A DNA stretch of 64,000 nt from Synechococcus sp. (GTDB lineage: Bacteria > Cyanobacteriota > Cyanobacteriia > PCC-6307 > Cyanobiaceae), in the NCBI GenBank assembly GCA_047284725.1, contig JBJBEO010000001.1, positions 1,432,203 to 1,496,202 of the forward strand, written 5' to 3'. The notes beneath the pieces were generated by a model. The model made no database searches. It was not told the DNA's origin and was given only the letters and a program-made list of their open reading frames with translations. Each line of letters starts with the position of its first letter. Positions within the stretch are counted from its first letter, which is position 1. The position numbers and the translations under genes are program-made. This document shows positions 1 through 11,638 of this stretch, in pieces.

Positions 1-309
1 CTGCACCATCGCCGCGGCCGCTCCGATCAGGCCAACGACAGGGACTCCGGCCTGACCCTCCGCCACGTCCCGTGCCAACGCATTCGTTGTGTTGCAGGCC
101 ATCACGACTGTCGTCACCTGTTGCTGTCTGAGCCAGGCCACCACTTCGGCGGCGATGGTGCGGATTTCAGCGGGTGAGCGGCTGCCATAGGGAACCCGGG
201 CCGTGTCACCGAGATACACCGTGGGGATGGGGCCATGGCGATGAAGGATGCTGCGCAACACCGTGAGGCCGCCAACACCACTGTCAAACAGGCCGAGACA
301 CAGGCTCAT
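1..309 (-). CDS. murI: Glutamate racemase (5' part; runs off window start)
   Basis: Manual translation from ATG at 309: MSLCLGLFDSGVGGLTV...YLGDTARVPYG...VVMACNT, the hallmark MurI motifs. Start overlaps the amidase stop (TAATG). Confidence 0.93.
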   Translation of the reverse strand, partial: MSLCLGLFDSGVGGLTVLRSILHRHGPIPTVYLGDTARVPYGSRSPAEIRTIAAEVVAWLRQQQVTTVVMACNTTNALARDVAEGQAGVPVVGLIGAAAAMVQ

Positions 310-1397
310 TACAGCCCCTTCAGATAGTTGAGGATGCCGGCGGCAATAGCCAGCGACAACCTGCGTCGATGGCCGGCATCGGCCAGGCGAGGGGCATCGA
401 GACGGCCTGTGACAAAGCCTGTTTCCACCAACGCGGACGGCATTGTGGTGCGGCGAATCACAAAAAAGCGTCCTCGTCGCACGCCTCGATTAGGGCTGCC
501 AGGCGACACATTCAGAACCTGTTGCTGCACGTGGGCCGCCAGCCGGGCTGAGCGGGGATCGGAGAAGTAAAAGGTCTCAATCCCATTCACTTCAGGCCGA
601 GACATGCTGATGGCATTGGCATGAATACTGAGGAATGCTGTTGCCCCACTGCGGTTGGCCAGGGCCACCCTCGGAGGCAAATCCACATCCACTTCAGAGG
701 TGCGGGTCAGCACAACCTGCACTCCTCTGGCTTCCAGCAGCCTGGCCACCTGAAGCGAAACATCAAGCACCACATCCGTTTCACGCAGGCCGCGGATCCC
801 AACAGCACCGGGATCCGGTCCGCCATGACCGGGATCGATGACAACCCGGTAGCGCCCCCGAGGCACTTTCGGCAGTCCGGAAGGATCTACGGGTGTCCTG
901 GAGGGGGTGATCCTGATGGGCGAAGTCCAGCCACTACTTCTGCGGGTGAGATCACCTTCACCAATGGATCGCAAACCACGGGTGGGTAATCCCTGAAACG
1001 TCATGCTCCAACGGTCCACCGCCGTTCCCACGAGCTTGAGCTGGCCGGGATCGAGTTCCACACCAGGCTGGAACTCAACCACCAATCGGGTTGCGCCAGG
1101 GGTGGGTTTACCAAGGCGAATCTCTCGCACCGCCCCACTGCCGCGGATCTTGCGTGGCCGGCTCAGCTCCCCAGGAAAATCAATCCATACCCTGGGGCCC
1201 ATCGTCCGGTTGCCTTCTTCAAAAAATGCATCCAGACGGGCTCCGGTTGCTGTACGCAACTTCAGAACCCCATCACTGGTGAGTGCCCAGGCCGCCAGAG
1301 CACTGGCAGCACGAGCCGGCAGGGCCGACAGGAGGCTGGTGGCCTGCAAACAAACGGCAGCCAGCAGGGCTAGGCGACGGGACTGGGCCGAGACCAT
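309..1397 (-). CDS. amiC: N-acetylmuramoyl-L-alanine amidase (AMIN + Amidase_3)
   Basis: Signal peptide, then VVIDPGHGGPDPGA, E, SIHAN and LVETGF zinc-amidase motifs. Confidence 0.9.
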   Translation of the reverse strand: MVSAQSRRLALLAAVCLQATSLLSALPARAASALAAWALTSDGVLKLRTATGARLDAFFEEGNRTMGPRVWIDFPGELSRPRKIRGSGAVREIRLGKPTPGATRLVVEFQPGVELDPGQLKLVGTAVDRWSMTFQGLPTRGLRSIGEGDLTRRSSGWTSPIRITPSRTPVDPSGLPKVPRGRYRVVIDPGHGGPDPGAVGIRGLRETDVVLDVSLQVARLLEARGVQVVLTRTSEVDVDLPPRVALANRSGATAFLSIHANAISMSRPEVNGIETFYFSDPRSARLAAHVQQQVLNVSPGSPNRGVRRGRFFVIRRTTMPSALVETGFVTGRLDAPRLADAGHRRRLSLAIAAGILNYLKGL

Positions 1398-1402
1398 GAA
1401 CG

Positions 1403-2224
1403 TCAGAACAGAGCCGACTGGCGATGCTGAAGGCTCGGCATCTGATTGCGGATGCGCTGGAGGTGACCGCGGTCCACCGGGGCAATGGCGGCTCCAGGAA
1501 CCACGCCTGCATCAGCAAGAACTGTTCCCCAGGGGTCGATCACCATGGCGTGGCCATGGGTTTGGCGTCTGCCGTAATGAAGACCGGTTTGCGCAGGTGC
1601 CACCACAAATGCGGTGTTCTCGATCGCACGCGATTGCAAAAGCACCTGCCAGTGATCCTTTCCGGTGAAGGCCGTGAATGCAGCGGGAATCATCAACACC
1701 TCAGCTCCTGCGCCACTCAGGTGGCGATAAAGCTCAGGGAAGCGCACGTCGTAGCAAATGGACAGCCCAACCTTGCACAAACCGGGCACATCCACCACGG
1801 GTGGCAGGTCACGCCCGGGGGTGACGGTGGTGGACTCGCGATAGGGGATGCCATCAGGCAGATCCACATCGAAGAGGTGGATCTTGTCGTAGCGAGCCAG
1901 GAGCTGACCATCCCGTCCCACCAGTTCAGCGCGGTTGAGCGTGTGGGAGCCATCACCGTGGGGAACAGGAAAACCGCCCCCGAGAATCACCACCTGGTAG
2001 CGGCGAGCCATGGTCACCAGGAAGCTGCTGCACTGGTCGGCAAGGGTCGGTGCCAGGGACAGTCGGGCGGAATCTTCGCCCATGAAGGCAAAGTTTTCAG
2101 GCAGACCGACCAGCTCGGCACCGCGGCGTGCCGCCAGTTCAATCTGTTCCTCAGCAGCAGCGAAATTACTCTCCGGGTCCGAGGTGCTTGTGAGTTGCAC
2201 AGCGGCCGCCAGAAAGTCGCTCAC
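1403..2224 (-). CDS. Carbon-nitrogen hydrolase (Nit1-like deaminated glutathione amidase)
   Basis: LPENF, YDKIHLFD and ICYDVRFPE supply the catalytic E-K-C triad. Probable GTG start at 2224. Confidence 0.88.
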   Translation of the reverse strand: MSDFLAAAVQLTSTSDPESNFAAAEEQIELAARRGAELVGLPENFAFMGEDSARLSLAPTLADQCSSFLVTMARRYQVVILGGGFPVPHGDGSHTLNRAELVGRDGQLLARYDKIHLFDVDLPDGIPYRESTTVTPGRDLPPVVDVPGLCKVGLSICYDVRFPELYRHLSGAGAEVLMIPAAFTAFTGKDHWQVLLQSRAIENTAFVVAPAQTGLHYGRRQTHGHAMVIDPWGTVLADAGVVPGAAIAPVDRGHLQRIRNQMPSLQHRQSALF

Positions 2225-2258
2225 GGAAAGGGCTTGGAAAGATTTGACTCTAGGGGGA

Positions 2259-3023
2259 TCAAGCCTTCGACTCAGCGAGGCCAACAGCTCGCAACACTCC
2301 CCGTTCCACCTGGGTGGGGACCACGTTCAATTTGTCGAGTTCAGCACAGCAACGGAAATCGGCATCGTGATCACCGATCCGAATCAGCCGTTGTCCGTGG
2401 GTCGCCTGACGCAGGCACGCCTCCGGATCAGCCTGGCACCGCTCCCACAGCACAAGAGCCGCCTGCATCTCGTCGTTGGCTGCCGTCGCCCCCTGCTCGA
2501 TCAGCAACGCAGCAAGGGCACCAGCCGCCAGGGAGTCTTCGAGGGAATAGGCGCCTTCCCACCCGCTTCCCACGATCCACACGCGTTCAGGCCTGTCGTG
2601 AAGCAAACGATCCGCCACAGCACGACGGTTGGGAAGCGCAGCGGTGAACACCTGGGCGACATCGCGCACTTTCTGCAGCGACCGGGTGCCGTTGGTGGTG
2701 CTCATGAACAGGCGCTTGCCCTGCACTACCTCAGGAGTCACCGCCACTGGGGAATTCCCCAGATCAAAACCCTCAAGGGTCTTTCCACCCCGTTCACCCA
2801 CCAGCAGGCGCTGGTCATCGGGCCATTGCTGCGCGCTGGATCGCAACGCATCGAGATCACTGAAGGTCTGCACCGCTTCAGCACCGTTTTGCAGCGCCCA
2901 GGCAATCGTGGTGGTAGCGCGCAGAACATCGATCACCACAGCCGCCTCGGCCTTGCTGGAGACTTCAACGGAGGGGACGCAGTCGGGAACGTCAGCAGCC
3001 ACGTGGAAATAGCTCAACTGCAT
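2259..3023 (-). CDS. comB: 2-phosphosulfolactate phosphatase family protein
   Basis: [15 protein letters not shown]...[15 protein letters not shown] and YSLED motifs. ATG at 3023. Confidence 0.88.
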   Translation of the reverse strand: MQLSYFHVAADVPDCVPSVEVSSKAEAAVVIDVLRATTTIAWALQNGAEAVQTFSDLDALRSSAQQWPDDQRLLVGERGGKTLEGFDLGNSPVAVTPEVVQGKRLFMSTTNGTRSLQKVRDVAQVFTAALPNRRAVADRLLHDRPERVWIVGSGWEGAYSLEDSLAAGALAALLIEQGATAANDEMQAALVLWERCQADPEACLRQATHGQRLIRIGDHDADFRCCAELDKLNVVPTQVERGVLRAVGLAESKA

Positions 3024-3088
3024 GGCCACGGTGAAGGAAGGGCGTGCGTCACAGTAACGAGGTCGCCTGCGCAGCAATCCAACGCTTT

Positions 3089-4648
3089 ATGGCCCTGTTC
3101 CGCTCCGGCCCGGCGACCCGTGATCTGCGCGGCTTCCTCAAGGTTCTGGAAGACAAAGGACAACTCCGCCGGATCAGCGCCCGGGTCAACCCCGATCTGG
3201 AGCTCGCCGCCATTGCCGACCGAGTGCTCGCCATGGGAGGCCCGGCTCTGCTGTTTGAAAACGTGATCGGGTCGTCGATGCCCGTTGCCGTGAACCTGCT
3301 GGGCACGGTGGAGCGGGTGGTGTGGAGCATGGGCCTCGAGCGGGCCGAACAGCTCGAGGAGCTGGGTGGTCGGCTGGCCCTGCTTCAACAACCAAAACCT
3401 CCAAAAGGGCTGGAGGAGACCAAGGCCTTTGCCAGGGTGTTCTGGGATTTGATTAAAGCGGTTCCAGACCGCGATCTCACTCCACCCTGTCGTCAGCAGG
3501 TGTGGATGGGGGATGACGTCAACCTCGATGCCCTGCCGCTGATCCGCCCCTGGCCGGGAGACGCCGGCGGCGTGATCACCCTTGGCTTGGTGATTACAAA
3601 AGACCCGGAGACCGGGGTGCCCAACGTGGGGGTGTACCGGCTGCAAAAGCAGTCGATCAACACCATGACGGTGCACTGGCTGAGCGTCCGCGGCGGAGCA
3701 CGCCATCTGCGTAAGGCGGCAGCCATGGGCAAAAAACTGGAGGTGGCCGTCGCTATAGGCGTTCACCCCCTGCTGGTGATGGCGGCCGCAACCCCGATCC
3801 CGGTGCAGCTGAGCGAATGGCTGTTTGCAGGTCTCTACGCCGGTGAAGGCGTGCGACTGGCGCCCTGTAAAACCCTGGATCTCAAGGTGCCCAGCCACAG
3901 CGAAATCGTGCTGGAAGGAACCATCACACCAGGAGAGGTGCTGCCCGATGGCCCCTTCGGCGACCACATGGGGTTCTACGGAAATGTGGAGGATTCTCCG
4001 CTCGTGCGGTTCCACTGCATCACCCAGCGCCGCGAACCGATCATGCTCACCACCTTCAGCGGCAGACCCCCCAAGGAGGAAGCCATGCTGGCCATCGCCC
4101 TGAACCGGATTTACACTCCGATCCTGCGCCAGCAGATCCCTGAGATCAAAGACTTCTTCCTACCGATGGAAGCTCTCAGCTACAAGCTGGCGGTGATTTC
4201 GATCGACAAGGCCTATCCCGGTCAGGCCAAACGCGCTGCCATGGCGTTCTGGAGTGCCTTGCCACAGTTCACCTACACCAAATTCGTGGTGGTGGTTGAT
4301 CAACACATCAATGTCCGTGATCCCCGCCAGGTGGTGTGGGCAATTGCCGGCCAGGTGGATCCCCAGCGCGATCTCTTCGTCCTGGAGAACACCCCGTTCG
4401 ACACCCTTGACTTCGCCAGTGAGCAACTGGGGCTGGGGGGGCGGATGGCCATCGATGCCACCACGAAAATCGGACCAGAAAAGAACCATGAATGGGGTGA
4501 ACCCCTGCGTCGCCCCGCCGAACTGGAACAACAAGTCAGCGATCGCATAGAAGAGCTGGGACTGAGCGACCTCGCTGGCCAGGAACCCGACCCAGCACTC
4601 TTCGGTTACGTGCTGGAGTCCCTGATCCAAAAGGCCGGAAGGGGCTGA
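3089..4648 (+). CDS. ubiD: UbiD family decarboxylase (4-hydroxy-3-polyprenylbenzoate decarboxylase, plastoquinone pathway)
   Basis: NVGVYRLQ, EIVLEG, DGPFGDHMGFY and GRPPKEE motifs. Confidence 0.92.
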   Translation: MALFRSGPATRDLRGFLKVLEDKGQLRRISARVNPDLELAAIADRVLAMGGPALLFENVIGSSMPVAVNLLGTVERVVWSMGLERAEQLEELGGRLALLQQPKPPKGLEETKAFARVFWDLIKAVPDRDLTPPCRQQVWMGDDVNLDALPLIRPWPGDAGGVITLGLVITKDPETGVPNVGVYRLQKQSINTMTVHWLSVRGGARHLRKAAAMGKKLEVAVAIGVHPLLVMAAATPIPVQLSEWLFAGLYAGEGVRLAPCKTLDLKVPSHSEIVLEGTITPGEVLPDGPFGDHMGFYGNVEDSPLVRFHCITQRREPIMLTTFSGRPPKEEAMLAIALNRIYTPILRQQIPEIKDFFLPMEALSYKLAVISIDKAYPGQAKRAAMAFWSALPQFTYTKFVVVVDQHINVRDPRQVVWAIAGQVDPQRDLFVLENTPFDTLDFASEQLGLGGRMAIDATTKIGPEKNHEWGEPLRRPAELEQQVSDRIEELGLSDLAGQEPDPALFGYVLESLIQKAGRG

Positions 4649-4695
4649 GTCAACGACCCATAGGATCGGTCGCATTCCAAGGCGACTGATTGCAC

Positions 4696-6015
4696 GTGTC
4701 CGGAACGAATGGCGCTCCCCGGGAACTGAAGGCCGGCGGCGGATTGACCGGACAGGTTCGGGTGCCGGGGGACAAATCGATTTCCCACCGAGCGCTTTTG
4801 TTCGGAGCCATCGCGGAAGGCACCACGACGATTGAAGGGCTGCTCCCAGCTGAGGATCCGATCAGCACTGCAGCCTGCCTGCGTGCCATGGGCGCCACGA
4901 TCAGTCCTGTTGATGATGGACGCGTGATCACCGTGGAGGGGGTCGGTCTCGATGGTTTGCAGGAACCTGGAGAAGTGCTCGATTGCGGCAATTCCGGCAC
5001 CACGATGCGGTTGATGTTGGGGCTGCTGGCAGGGCGAGAAGGTCGCCATTTCGTGCTCAGTGGCGATGCCTCCCTGCGCCGCCGACCCATGCAACGCGTT
5101 GGCCAACCGCTTTCCTTGATGGGAGCGGAGGTGCGCGGCCGCAACGGCGGCAACCTGGCGCCTCTGGCGGTGCAGGGCCGGAAACTGCGCGGGGCCGTGG
5201 TGGGGACCCCCGTGGCCAGTGCCCAGGTCAAATCGGCGCTGCTCTTGGCAGCCCTCACGGCAGACGGTCCCACCACCGTGATCGAGCCGGCCCACTCCCG
5301 CGATCACAGCGAGCGGATGCTGAAGGCCTTTGGTGCCGATCTCGAGGTCGGCGGTGAAATGGGTCGTCACATCAACGTCAGACCAGGGGCCACACTGACC
5401 GGTCAGCATGTGGTGGTGCCCGGTGACATCAGCTCAGCGGCCTTCTGGCTGGTGGCTGGTGCGCTCGTCCCTGGGGCCGATCTCACCATTGAGAACGTGG
5501 GGCTGAATCCCACCCGTACAGGCGTGCTCGAGGTCCTGGAGCAGATGGGGGCAAGGATCGATGTGCTCAATCGCCGTGATGTGGCCGGTGAACCGGTAGG
5601 CGATCTCAGGGTCATCCATGGCCCCCTGAAGCCCTTCCAATTCGGCGAGGAGGTGATGCCACGCCTGGTGGACGAGGTGCCGATCCTGAGCGTGGCCGCG
5701 TGTTTCTGCGATGGCGAAAGCCGCATCCGTGGCGCCGAAGAACTGCGCGTGAAAGAAACCGATCGACTGGCGGTGATGGCGCGGCAGCTGAAAGCCATGG
5801 GTGCTGACATCGAAGAGCATCCCGACGGTTTGACGATTCGCGGTGGGCGCCCTCTCAAGGGGGCTGCCCTCGACAGCGAGACCGATCACCGCGTCGCCAT
5901 GAGCCTGGCCATCGCAGCGATGCTGGCCGAGGGAGACTCCACCCTGGCGCGCAGTGACGCTGCTGCTGTGAGCTACCCCACCTTCTGGGATGAACTCGAA
6001 AGGCTGCGCAGCTGA
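4696..6015 (+). CDS. aroA: 3-phosphoshikimate 1-carboxyvinyltransferase (EPSP synthase)
   Basis: [39 protein letters not shown] and DHRVAM motifs. Confidence 0.97.
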   Translation: MSGTNGAPRELKAGGGLTGQVRVPGDKSISHRALLFGAIAEGTTTIEGLLPAEDPISTAACLRAMGATISPVDDGRVITVEGVGLDGLQEPGEVLDCGNSGTTMRLMLGLLAGREGRHFVLSGDASLRRRPMQRVGQPLSLMGAEVRGRNGGNLAPLAVQGRKLRGAVVGTPVASAQVKSALLLAALTADGPTTVIEPAHSRDHSERMLKAFGADLEVGGEMGRHINVRPGATLTGQHVVVPGDISSAAFWLVAGALVPGADLTIENVGLNPTRTGVLEVLEQMGARIDVLNRRDVAGEPVGDLRVIHGPLKPFQFGEEVMPRLVDEVPILSVAACFCDGESRIRGAEELRVKETDRLAVMARQLKAMGADIEEHPDGLTIRGGRPLKGAALDSETDHRVAMSLAIAAMLAEGDSTLARSDAAAVSYPTFWDELERLRS

Positions 6016-6955
6016 TCAGCCTGCGGCAGGCCATCCGCTCGGCAAGCTGACGCCATTGGCGACAGCCGACGGAAGCTTCAGCCTCCACAGCGACCTGTTT
6101 GCAGAGGCCTTCCACTGCTCCGCTGGAGCGCTGGGTGAAGCCAAGGCCAAATTCGTGGCACCCGCGCAACTGGAACGTTTTGGGTCCCGTGGAGGCCTGC
6201 GGGTCCTCGATGTCTGCGTGGGCTTGGGGTACAACAGCGCTGCGCTGATGGAAGTCCTGAGGGACGTCCCTTCTCTGTCCTTTCAGTGGTGGGGCCTGGA
6301 ACTGGATCCCAGGCCACTTCGCCTTGCCCTCGGCCATGAAGAGTTTGTACGGCTCTGGTCTGAACCCGTGCTCCATCGCCTGGAAGCACTCCGTGATCGA
6401 GGCGGTTGGAACGACCAGACCGGCAGCGGACAGATGCTCTGGGGCGATGCCCGCGAGCAGCTGAAAGCACTCCGCCACGGCCCCCCAGTGGACCTGGTGC
6501 TGATGGATGCATTTTCTCCCAACCGTTGCCCGGAGCTCTGGAGCGAGGAATTTCTGCACGGCCTGGCAGAACAACTGGCCCCGGGGGGACGCCTGCTCAC
6601 CTACTCGAGGGCGGCAGCGGTACGAGGCAGCCTTCGGAGAGCCGGCTTGGATCTTCGCTCACTTCTGCCCGCCCCCGGACAACGCAAGGAATGGAGCTCG
6701 GGAACTCTGGCCAGCCGTCCCGATCCCCAGCAACCCCTGGCCGAGCAGGGCCCCGGTTGGACCCCCCTAAGCCCAATGGAGGAAGACCACCTGCTCACCC
6801 GCGCGTCGGTGCCCTATCGGGATCTTGGGGGGAATGACTCTGCGGCGGAGATCAAGCAACGACGGGAGCAGGAGCAACAACACTGCGACCTGATCAGTAC
6901 AAGCAGCTGGCAACGCCTCTGGAGGCAACGAGGTCATGAGATCGGATCATCATGA
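5990..6955 (+). CDS. MnmC/MnmD-like SAM-dependent tRNA methyltransferase
   Basis: [25 protein letters not shown] and DAFSP...PELW. Exact start uncertain. Confidence 0.8.
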   Translation: MNSKGCAADQPAAGHPLGKLTPLATADGSFSLHSDLFAEAFHCSAGALGEAKAKFVAPAQLERFGSRGGLRVLDVCVGLGYNSAALMEVLRDVPSLSFQWWGLELDPRPLRLALGHEEFVRLWSEPVLHRLEALRDRGGWNDQTGSGQMLWGDAREQLKALRHGPPVDLVLMDAFSPNRCPELWSEEFLHGLAEQLAPGGRLLTYSRAAAVRGSLRRAGLDLRSLLPAPGQRKEWSSGTLASRPDPQQPLAEQGPGWTPLSPMEEDHLLTRASVPYRDLGGNDSAAEIKQRREQEQQHCDLISTSSWQRLWRQRGHEIGSS

Positions 6956-7025
6956 AACGGAGCTCGTCCGGTTCGATCCCACAGCGGACTCCCGGTAGAT
7001 TCCGGCCAACCGTTTCAGCAGCCTC

Positions 7026-8366
7026 ATGCTCGCCGTTGCCGTCCTGGCCGCCGGAAAAGGCACCCGCATGAAGAGCGCTCTTCCAAAAGTGCTCCAGCCG
7101 CTCGCTGGTGCAACGCTGGTGGAACGAGTGCTGGACAGTGCTCGCAACCTCAACCCCGACAGGCGACTGCTGATTGTGGGTCACCAGGCCGAGAGGGTCG
7201 AGCAACAGCTCAGCAGCGTGGATGGTCTGGAGTTCGTGCTGCAACAACCCCAGAACGGCACAGGTCATGCCGTGCAGCAACTGATGCCCGCCCTTGAGGG
7301 CTTCGAAGGCGAACTGCTGGTACTCAATGGGGATGTACCCCTTTTACGGGCTGAAACCATTGATGAACTCGTGCAGACCCATCGCAACAGCGGTGCTGAA
7401 GTCACCCTGCTGACCGCACGGCTCAATGATCCCACCGGCTACGGCCGGGTGTTCGCCGATGCCTCCGGGCAGGTGAGCGGCGTCATCGAGCACCGCGACT
7501 GCAGCGACGAACAACGCAGCAACAACCTCACCAACGCGGGGATCTATTGCTTCAACTGGAGCAAACTGGCGGCCACTCTGCCGAAACTGAGCACTGACAA
7601 CGACCAAGGGGAGCTCTATCTCACCGATACCGTGGCCATGCTGGACAAGGCGATGCACGTGGAGGTGGCCGATCCGGATGAGGTCAACGGCATCAACAAC
7701 CGCAAGCAACTGGCCCAGTGCGAAGCGGTGCTGCAGGAGCGGCTCCGGGATCACTGGATGAACGAGGGGGTGACCTTTGTGGATCCCTCCAGCTGCACCC
7801 TGAGCGAACACTGCAGCTTCGGCCGTGACGTGGTGATCGAACCGCAGACCCATCTGCGTGGCACCTGCAGCATTGGGGATGGCTGCCGCATCGGCCCAGG
7901 CTCCATGCTCGAAAACGCAAGCCTGGGCAAGGAGGTGACCGTGCTGCTTTCCGTGGTGTGCCAAGCCCGGGTAGGTGATGGGGTGGCGATCGGCCCCTAC
8001 GCCCACCTGAGGCCAGGCGCAGACATCGGCGATCACTGCCGCATCGGCAACTTTGTTGAGGTGAAGAAGAGTCGCATCGGCTCCGGCAGCAAAGTGAATC
8101 ACCTCAGCTACATCGGAGATGCACAACTCGGCAGCAACGTGAATGTGGGCGCAGGAACGATCACTGCTAACTACGACGGTGTGAATAAACACCCCACAGT
8201 GATCGGTAATGACAGCAAAACCGGTGCCAACTCGGTCCTGGTTGCTCCAGTCACCTTGGGCAGCAACGTGACGATCGGCGCAGGTTCAACGATCACCAAA
8301 AATGTGCCGGATCAGGCATTGGCACTTGGTCGAGCCAAGCAATTCATGAAAGAAAACTGGAACTGA
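7026..8366 (+). CDS. glmU: Bifunctional UDP-GlcNAc pyrophosphorylase / glucosamine-1-P acetyltransferase
   Basis: [21 protein letters not shown], hexapeptide repeats, GNFVEVK, HLSYIGD and NYDG. Confidence 0.97.
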   Translation: MLAVAVLAAGKGTRMKSALPKVLQPLAGATLVERVLDSARNLNPDRRLLIVGHQAERVEQQLSSVDGLEFVLQQPQNGTGHAVQQLMPALEGFEGELLVLNGDVPLLRAETIDELVQTHRNSGAEVTLLTARLNDPTGYGRVFADASGQVSGVIEHRDCSDEQRSNNLTNAGIYCFNWSKLAATLPKLSTDNDQGELYLTDTVAMLDKAMHVEVADPDEVNGINNRKQLAQCEAVLQERLRDHWMNEGVTFVDPSSCTLSEHCSFGRDVVIEPQTHLRGTCSIGDGCRIGPGSMLENASLGKEVTVLLSVVCQARVGDGVAIGPYAHLRPGADIGDHCRIGNFVEVKKSRIGSGSKVNHLSYIGDAQLGSNVNVGAGTITANYDGVNKHPTVIGNDSKTGANSVLVAPVTLGSNVTIGAGSTITKNVPDQALALGRAKQFMKENWN

Positions 8367-8444
8367 ATCATCAGATTCTTTTCATCCCTATGCGCTGGCC
8401 ATCGCCGGGGAGTGTGGGAATTTGAGGGCGTCGCCGATCGAGCA

Positions 8445-8639
8445 ATGACGAACCACAAGCGGTACACGGTTCGCTATCGCGACGCCAACAGCAACTCGCG
8501 CGAGTGCTGTTACTACGCTAGTGATGCCTACGAGGCCCGCGTGCTTGCGATGGAATCCGTGCGTTACATCCACGACCATCCACACGCCATTGACCTCATT
8601 CGTTGTGAGGGCAGCCAGCGCATTCATCGCGTGGCTTGA
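8445..8639 (+). CDS. Small hypothetical protein
   Basis: 64-aa ORF filling the gap between glmU and gpgS (RYTVRYRD...CYYASDAYEAR...HPHAIDLI), resembling small picocyanobacterial proteins. Confidence 0.6.
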   Translation: MTNHKRYTVRYRDANSNSRECCYYASDAYEARVLAMESVRYIHDHPHAIDLIRCEGSQRIHRVA

Positions 8640-9856
8640 AGCATGGCTTCAGGGGTTGCGGCGGTGGTGCGATCGAGCCCGGCGCTTGCCAGATCGTCCG
8701 GCAAGCGAGCGGCACAGCTTTGCAAGCGCGACCAACTGGGTAGCTGAATCGCCATCGGGTCCGCCAGAAACGACTGCACACCTGGGCGAATCAAATTGGC
8801 GAAGTCTTGGACAGCCAACTCTTCACCATGGCGGTTGTAGGGCAAGTTATTGACGGCTGAATCCAGGGCGAACTGCCGGATACGGTCTTCACCGACCCGC
8901 CGGAACAACACTTCAAGGGTTGCCACCTGTTCGGGGGGAATGGTGCATCCCTGATGCTCCATCAACCCCCGCAACACACTGGCAAGGATCTCAGAACACA
9001 TCCGCTGCAAACCCTCGCGCGGGGAATCACCCAGCTGTTTGTGCTTGTGGTCAAACAAACCCAGATCCACCTGCGCAATCCGGCTCAACGCCACGTGACG
9101 ATGCACCTCGGACAGCAAACCAATCTCGAGGCCCCAGTCGCAGGGGATCCGCAGGTTCACCGCGAGATCGCGCGTAAAAGCGAATTCACCGGCCAGGGGA
9201 TAGCGAAACGCCTGGAGATAACGCAGATAGTTGCTTTCGCCCATCAACTGGGAGAGAGCCGTGAGCAATGGACCAACGAACAATCGCGTGCCTCGCCCCT
9301 GCAGAGCATGGGTTTCCAGTGACAACCGGCTGTAGAACGCCTTCACATAGGCCACACCGCTGGAGGGAAGCAGCAGCGGCAACAACATCCGCTGCGGATA
9401 GGCGGGGCTGAAGGTTCGGATATCGGCATCAAAGAGCGCTACCACTTCAGCGCTGCGGATCGCCACACCGAGGCCCTGCCAGACAGCCCAACCTTTGCCT
9501 GGAGGGCCCATCAGATCCAGGCCCTGCTCGGTGAACCCCTGGAGAAGCTCCTTCACCGACGGTGCATTGGTCCATTGCACATGCACGGGAAACGGCATGT
9601 CTGCAAAGAACGCTTCCGCCTGACGCACCTCTTCCACACTGCTCGCCGACAGGGCGATCACCAGCTGATGGAGACCTGTGAGTTCCTGAAGAACCGAACG
9701 GATCAAGGCGAGGGCAGGACGCCTGAACTCCTCCATCAGGCAGGGGATCAGGAGTGTTGTCGGCCGTTGGCGCAGGCCACGGTGCAGCAAGGCTGGGTCT
9801 TGCAACCCCAGGCCGTAGTCGTGAATGGTGGTGATCAGGTCCTGCTGGAAGTCCAT
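8624..9856 (-). CDS. gpgS: Glucosyl-3-phosphoglycerate synthase (GT81)
   Basis: Starts MDFQQDLITTIHD; GKGWAVW, DAD, VKAFY.R, YPLAGEF, DWGLEIG and DHKH motifs. The longer ORF to 10810 is an antisense extension over the GH13 gene. Confidence 0.88.
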   Translation of the reverse strand: MDFQQDLITTIHDYGLGLQDPALLHRGLRQRPTTLLIPCLMEEFRRPALALIRSVLQELTGLHQLVIALSASSVEEVRQAEAFFADMPFPVHVQWTNAPSVKELLQGFTEQGLDLMGPPGKGWAVWQGLGVAIRSAEVVALFDADIRTFSPAYPQRMLLPLLLPSSGVAYVKAFYSRLSLETHALQGRGTRLFVGPLLTALSQLMGESNYLRYLQAFRYPLAGEFAFTRDLAVNLRIPCDWGLEIGLLSEVHRHVALSRIAQVDLGLFDHKHKQLGDSPREGLQRMCSEILASVLRGLMEHQGCTIPPEQVATLEVLFRRVGEDRIRQFALDSAVNNLPYNRHGEELAVQDFANLIRPGVQSFLADPMAIQLPSWSRLQSCAARLPDDLASAGLDRTTAATPEAMLQATR

Positions 9857-9925
9857 TCCGTGATCAGTGCGACAACATGACGGCATCGACACCCCGCACC
9901 CTGGCGTTGCGTTGGCTGAACATGG

Positions 9926-11638
9926 GTGGTGGAACGTGAGCAAGACATGCGTTTGGGAGCACTGCTCAACAGGTGGCGATACGGAGAGGATCGGGAGCGA
10001 ATTGAATTTCTGACGTCGCAATTGCTGCAGTTTGTGCAGACCGGCACCAATGCGACCCCAGACGCATCCCTCTGGGACGGCTCCACTTGCGTGTTGATCA
10101 CCTATGGCGATGCGATCCAAAACCCCGACGAAGCAGGGCTTCTGACCCTGCGGCACTTCCTTGACCGCCACTTCGGGGCACTCGCTGGCACGGTGCATGT
10201 GCTGCCTTTCTTGAGAGCCAGCAGTGACGGAGGCTTTGCTGTGGCCAGCCACGATCATCTGGCAGAGCACTTGGGCAGTTGGGACGACCTCAAGGCCCTC
10301 GGCCAGGGGCGTCGGCTGATGGCCGATCTGGTTCTGAACCACGTCTCCGCCGCCCATCCCTGGGTGCAGCAATTTCGCCAGGGAGAAGCACCCGGGGTGG
10401 AGTGCGTGCTGGCCCCCGACCCCACCGACGACTGGTCTCAGGTGGTGCGCCCCCGCAGCACAAGTTTGTTCACTGCGCTTCAAACCGAAACCGGACTGAG
10501 GCCGGTGTGGACCACCTTCGGGCCGGATCAGATCGACGTGAACTGGCACTGCGATGCCGTTCTGGTCGCCTATGCCGCATTGGTGAACCGGATGGTGGCT
10601 CACGGTGTGGGATGGCTGCGCCTGGATGCCGTTGGTTACGTGTGGAAAGAGGAAGGCACCACCTGCATTCACCACCCCCGCGCCCACCTGTTGGTGAAAG
10701 TGCTGCGTGCCCTGCTCGAGAGCATGGATCCCCAGGGGGTGGTGGTCACCGAGACGAATGTGCCTGAGCGGGAAAACCTCTCGTATCTCACGCCAGGAGA
10801 TGAGGCCCATCTGGCCTACAACTTCCCTCTTCCTCCCTTGCTCCTTGATGCCGTCTTGCGCGAGAAGGCCGATCTGCTCAACAGCTGGTTGAACCGCTGG
10901 CCCACCCTCCCCGACTCAACCAACCTGCTGAACTTCAGCGCCAGCCATGACGGCGTCGGTCTGCGGCCTTTGGAGGGATTGATGGACGAGGAACGCCTGT
11001 CACAGCTGCTGGAGCAATGCGAGCTCAGGGGAGGTCTGGTGAGTCACCGACGCCTCAGTGATGGACGCGATCAGCCCTATGAACTGAACATCAGCTGGTG
11101 GGCGGCGATGGCAGACGGAGGGCGGGATCCCCGACATCTGCAACGCGAACGGTTCCTGCTCAGTCAGTTACTGGTGATGGCTCTGCCAGGGATTCCTGCG
11201 TTGTACCTTCCCACCGTTCTCGCTTCGGGCAATGACGCGGCCACCTTTCGCCGCAGCGGCCATCGCCGTGATCTCAACCGCGAACGCTTCAGTGCTGCGT
11301 CGTTAGAGCGACAACTGCAGGATCCCGACAGTGATGCAAGCCACAACCTCCAGTGGCTGCAACACGCCATGGCGGTTCGTGCCTCCCTGCCCGCCTTCCA
11401 CCCCGATGCTGCGATGCAATGCCTCAGTGGACGGCAATCGGATCGCGTCATCCTGCAACGCGGCGACGGCGTATCGAAGCTTTGGGCTGTGCATAACGTC
11501 ACCGCCAATCGCATCAACCTCGACCTGCGCACCCTCGCCAATCGAAGCCAATGGTGCGATCGTCTCCGGGATCAGGCCGACGTCCCGACCCGGCTCACCC
11601 TCGCCCCCTTCGCCGTGCACTGGCTTCAACCATGCTGA
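9926..11638 (+). CDS. GH13 sucrose-phosphorylase-like enzyme (probable glucosylglycerate phosphorylase)
   Basis: LITYGD, HVLPF..SSDGGF, DLVLNH, WTTFGPDQID, RLDAVGY, TETN, SHDGVG and YELN. Lies between gpgS and gpgP. Confidence 0.85.
   Translation: MVEREQDMRLGALLNRWRYGEDRERIEFLTSQLLQFVQTGTNATPDASLWDGSTCVLITYGDAIQNPDEAGLLTLRHFLDRHFGALAGTVHVLPFLRASSDGGFAVASHDHLAEHLGSWDDLKALGQGRRLMADLVLNHVSAAHPWVQQFRQGEAPGVECVLAPDPTDDWSQVVRPRSTSLFTALQTETGLRPVWTTFGPDQIDVNWHCDAVLVAYAALVNRMVAHGVGWLRLDAVGYVWKEEGTTCIHHPRAHLLVKVLRALLESMDPQGVVVTETNVPERENLSYLTPGDEAHLAYNFPLPPLLLDAVLREKADLLNSWLNRWPTLPDSTNLLNFSASHDGVGLRPLEGLMDEERLSQLLEQCELRGGLVSHRRLSDGRDQPYELNISWWAAMADGGRDPRHLQRERFLLSQLLVMALPGIPALYLPTVLASGNDAATFRRSGHRRDLNRERFSAASLERQLQDPDSDASHNLQWLQHAMAVRASLPAFHPDAAMQCLSGRQSDRVILQRGDGVSKLWAVHNVTANRINLDLRTLANRSQWCDRLRDQADVPTRLTLAPFAVHWLQPC

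Noticed and set aside
1424..3266. Long plus-strand ORFs 1424-2647 and 2010-3266
   Set aside because: Antisense shadows of nit and comB in GC-rich DNA; no motifs.
9857..10810. Apparent 318-aa N-terminal extension of gpgS
   Set aside because: Antisense to the GH13 gene; the family start MDFQQ is at 9856.
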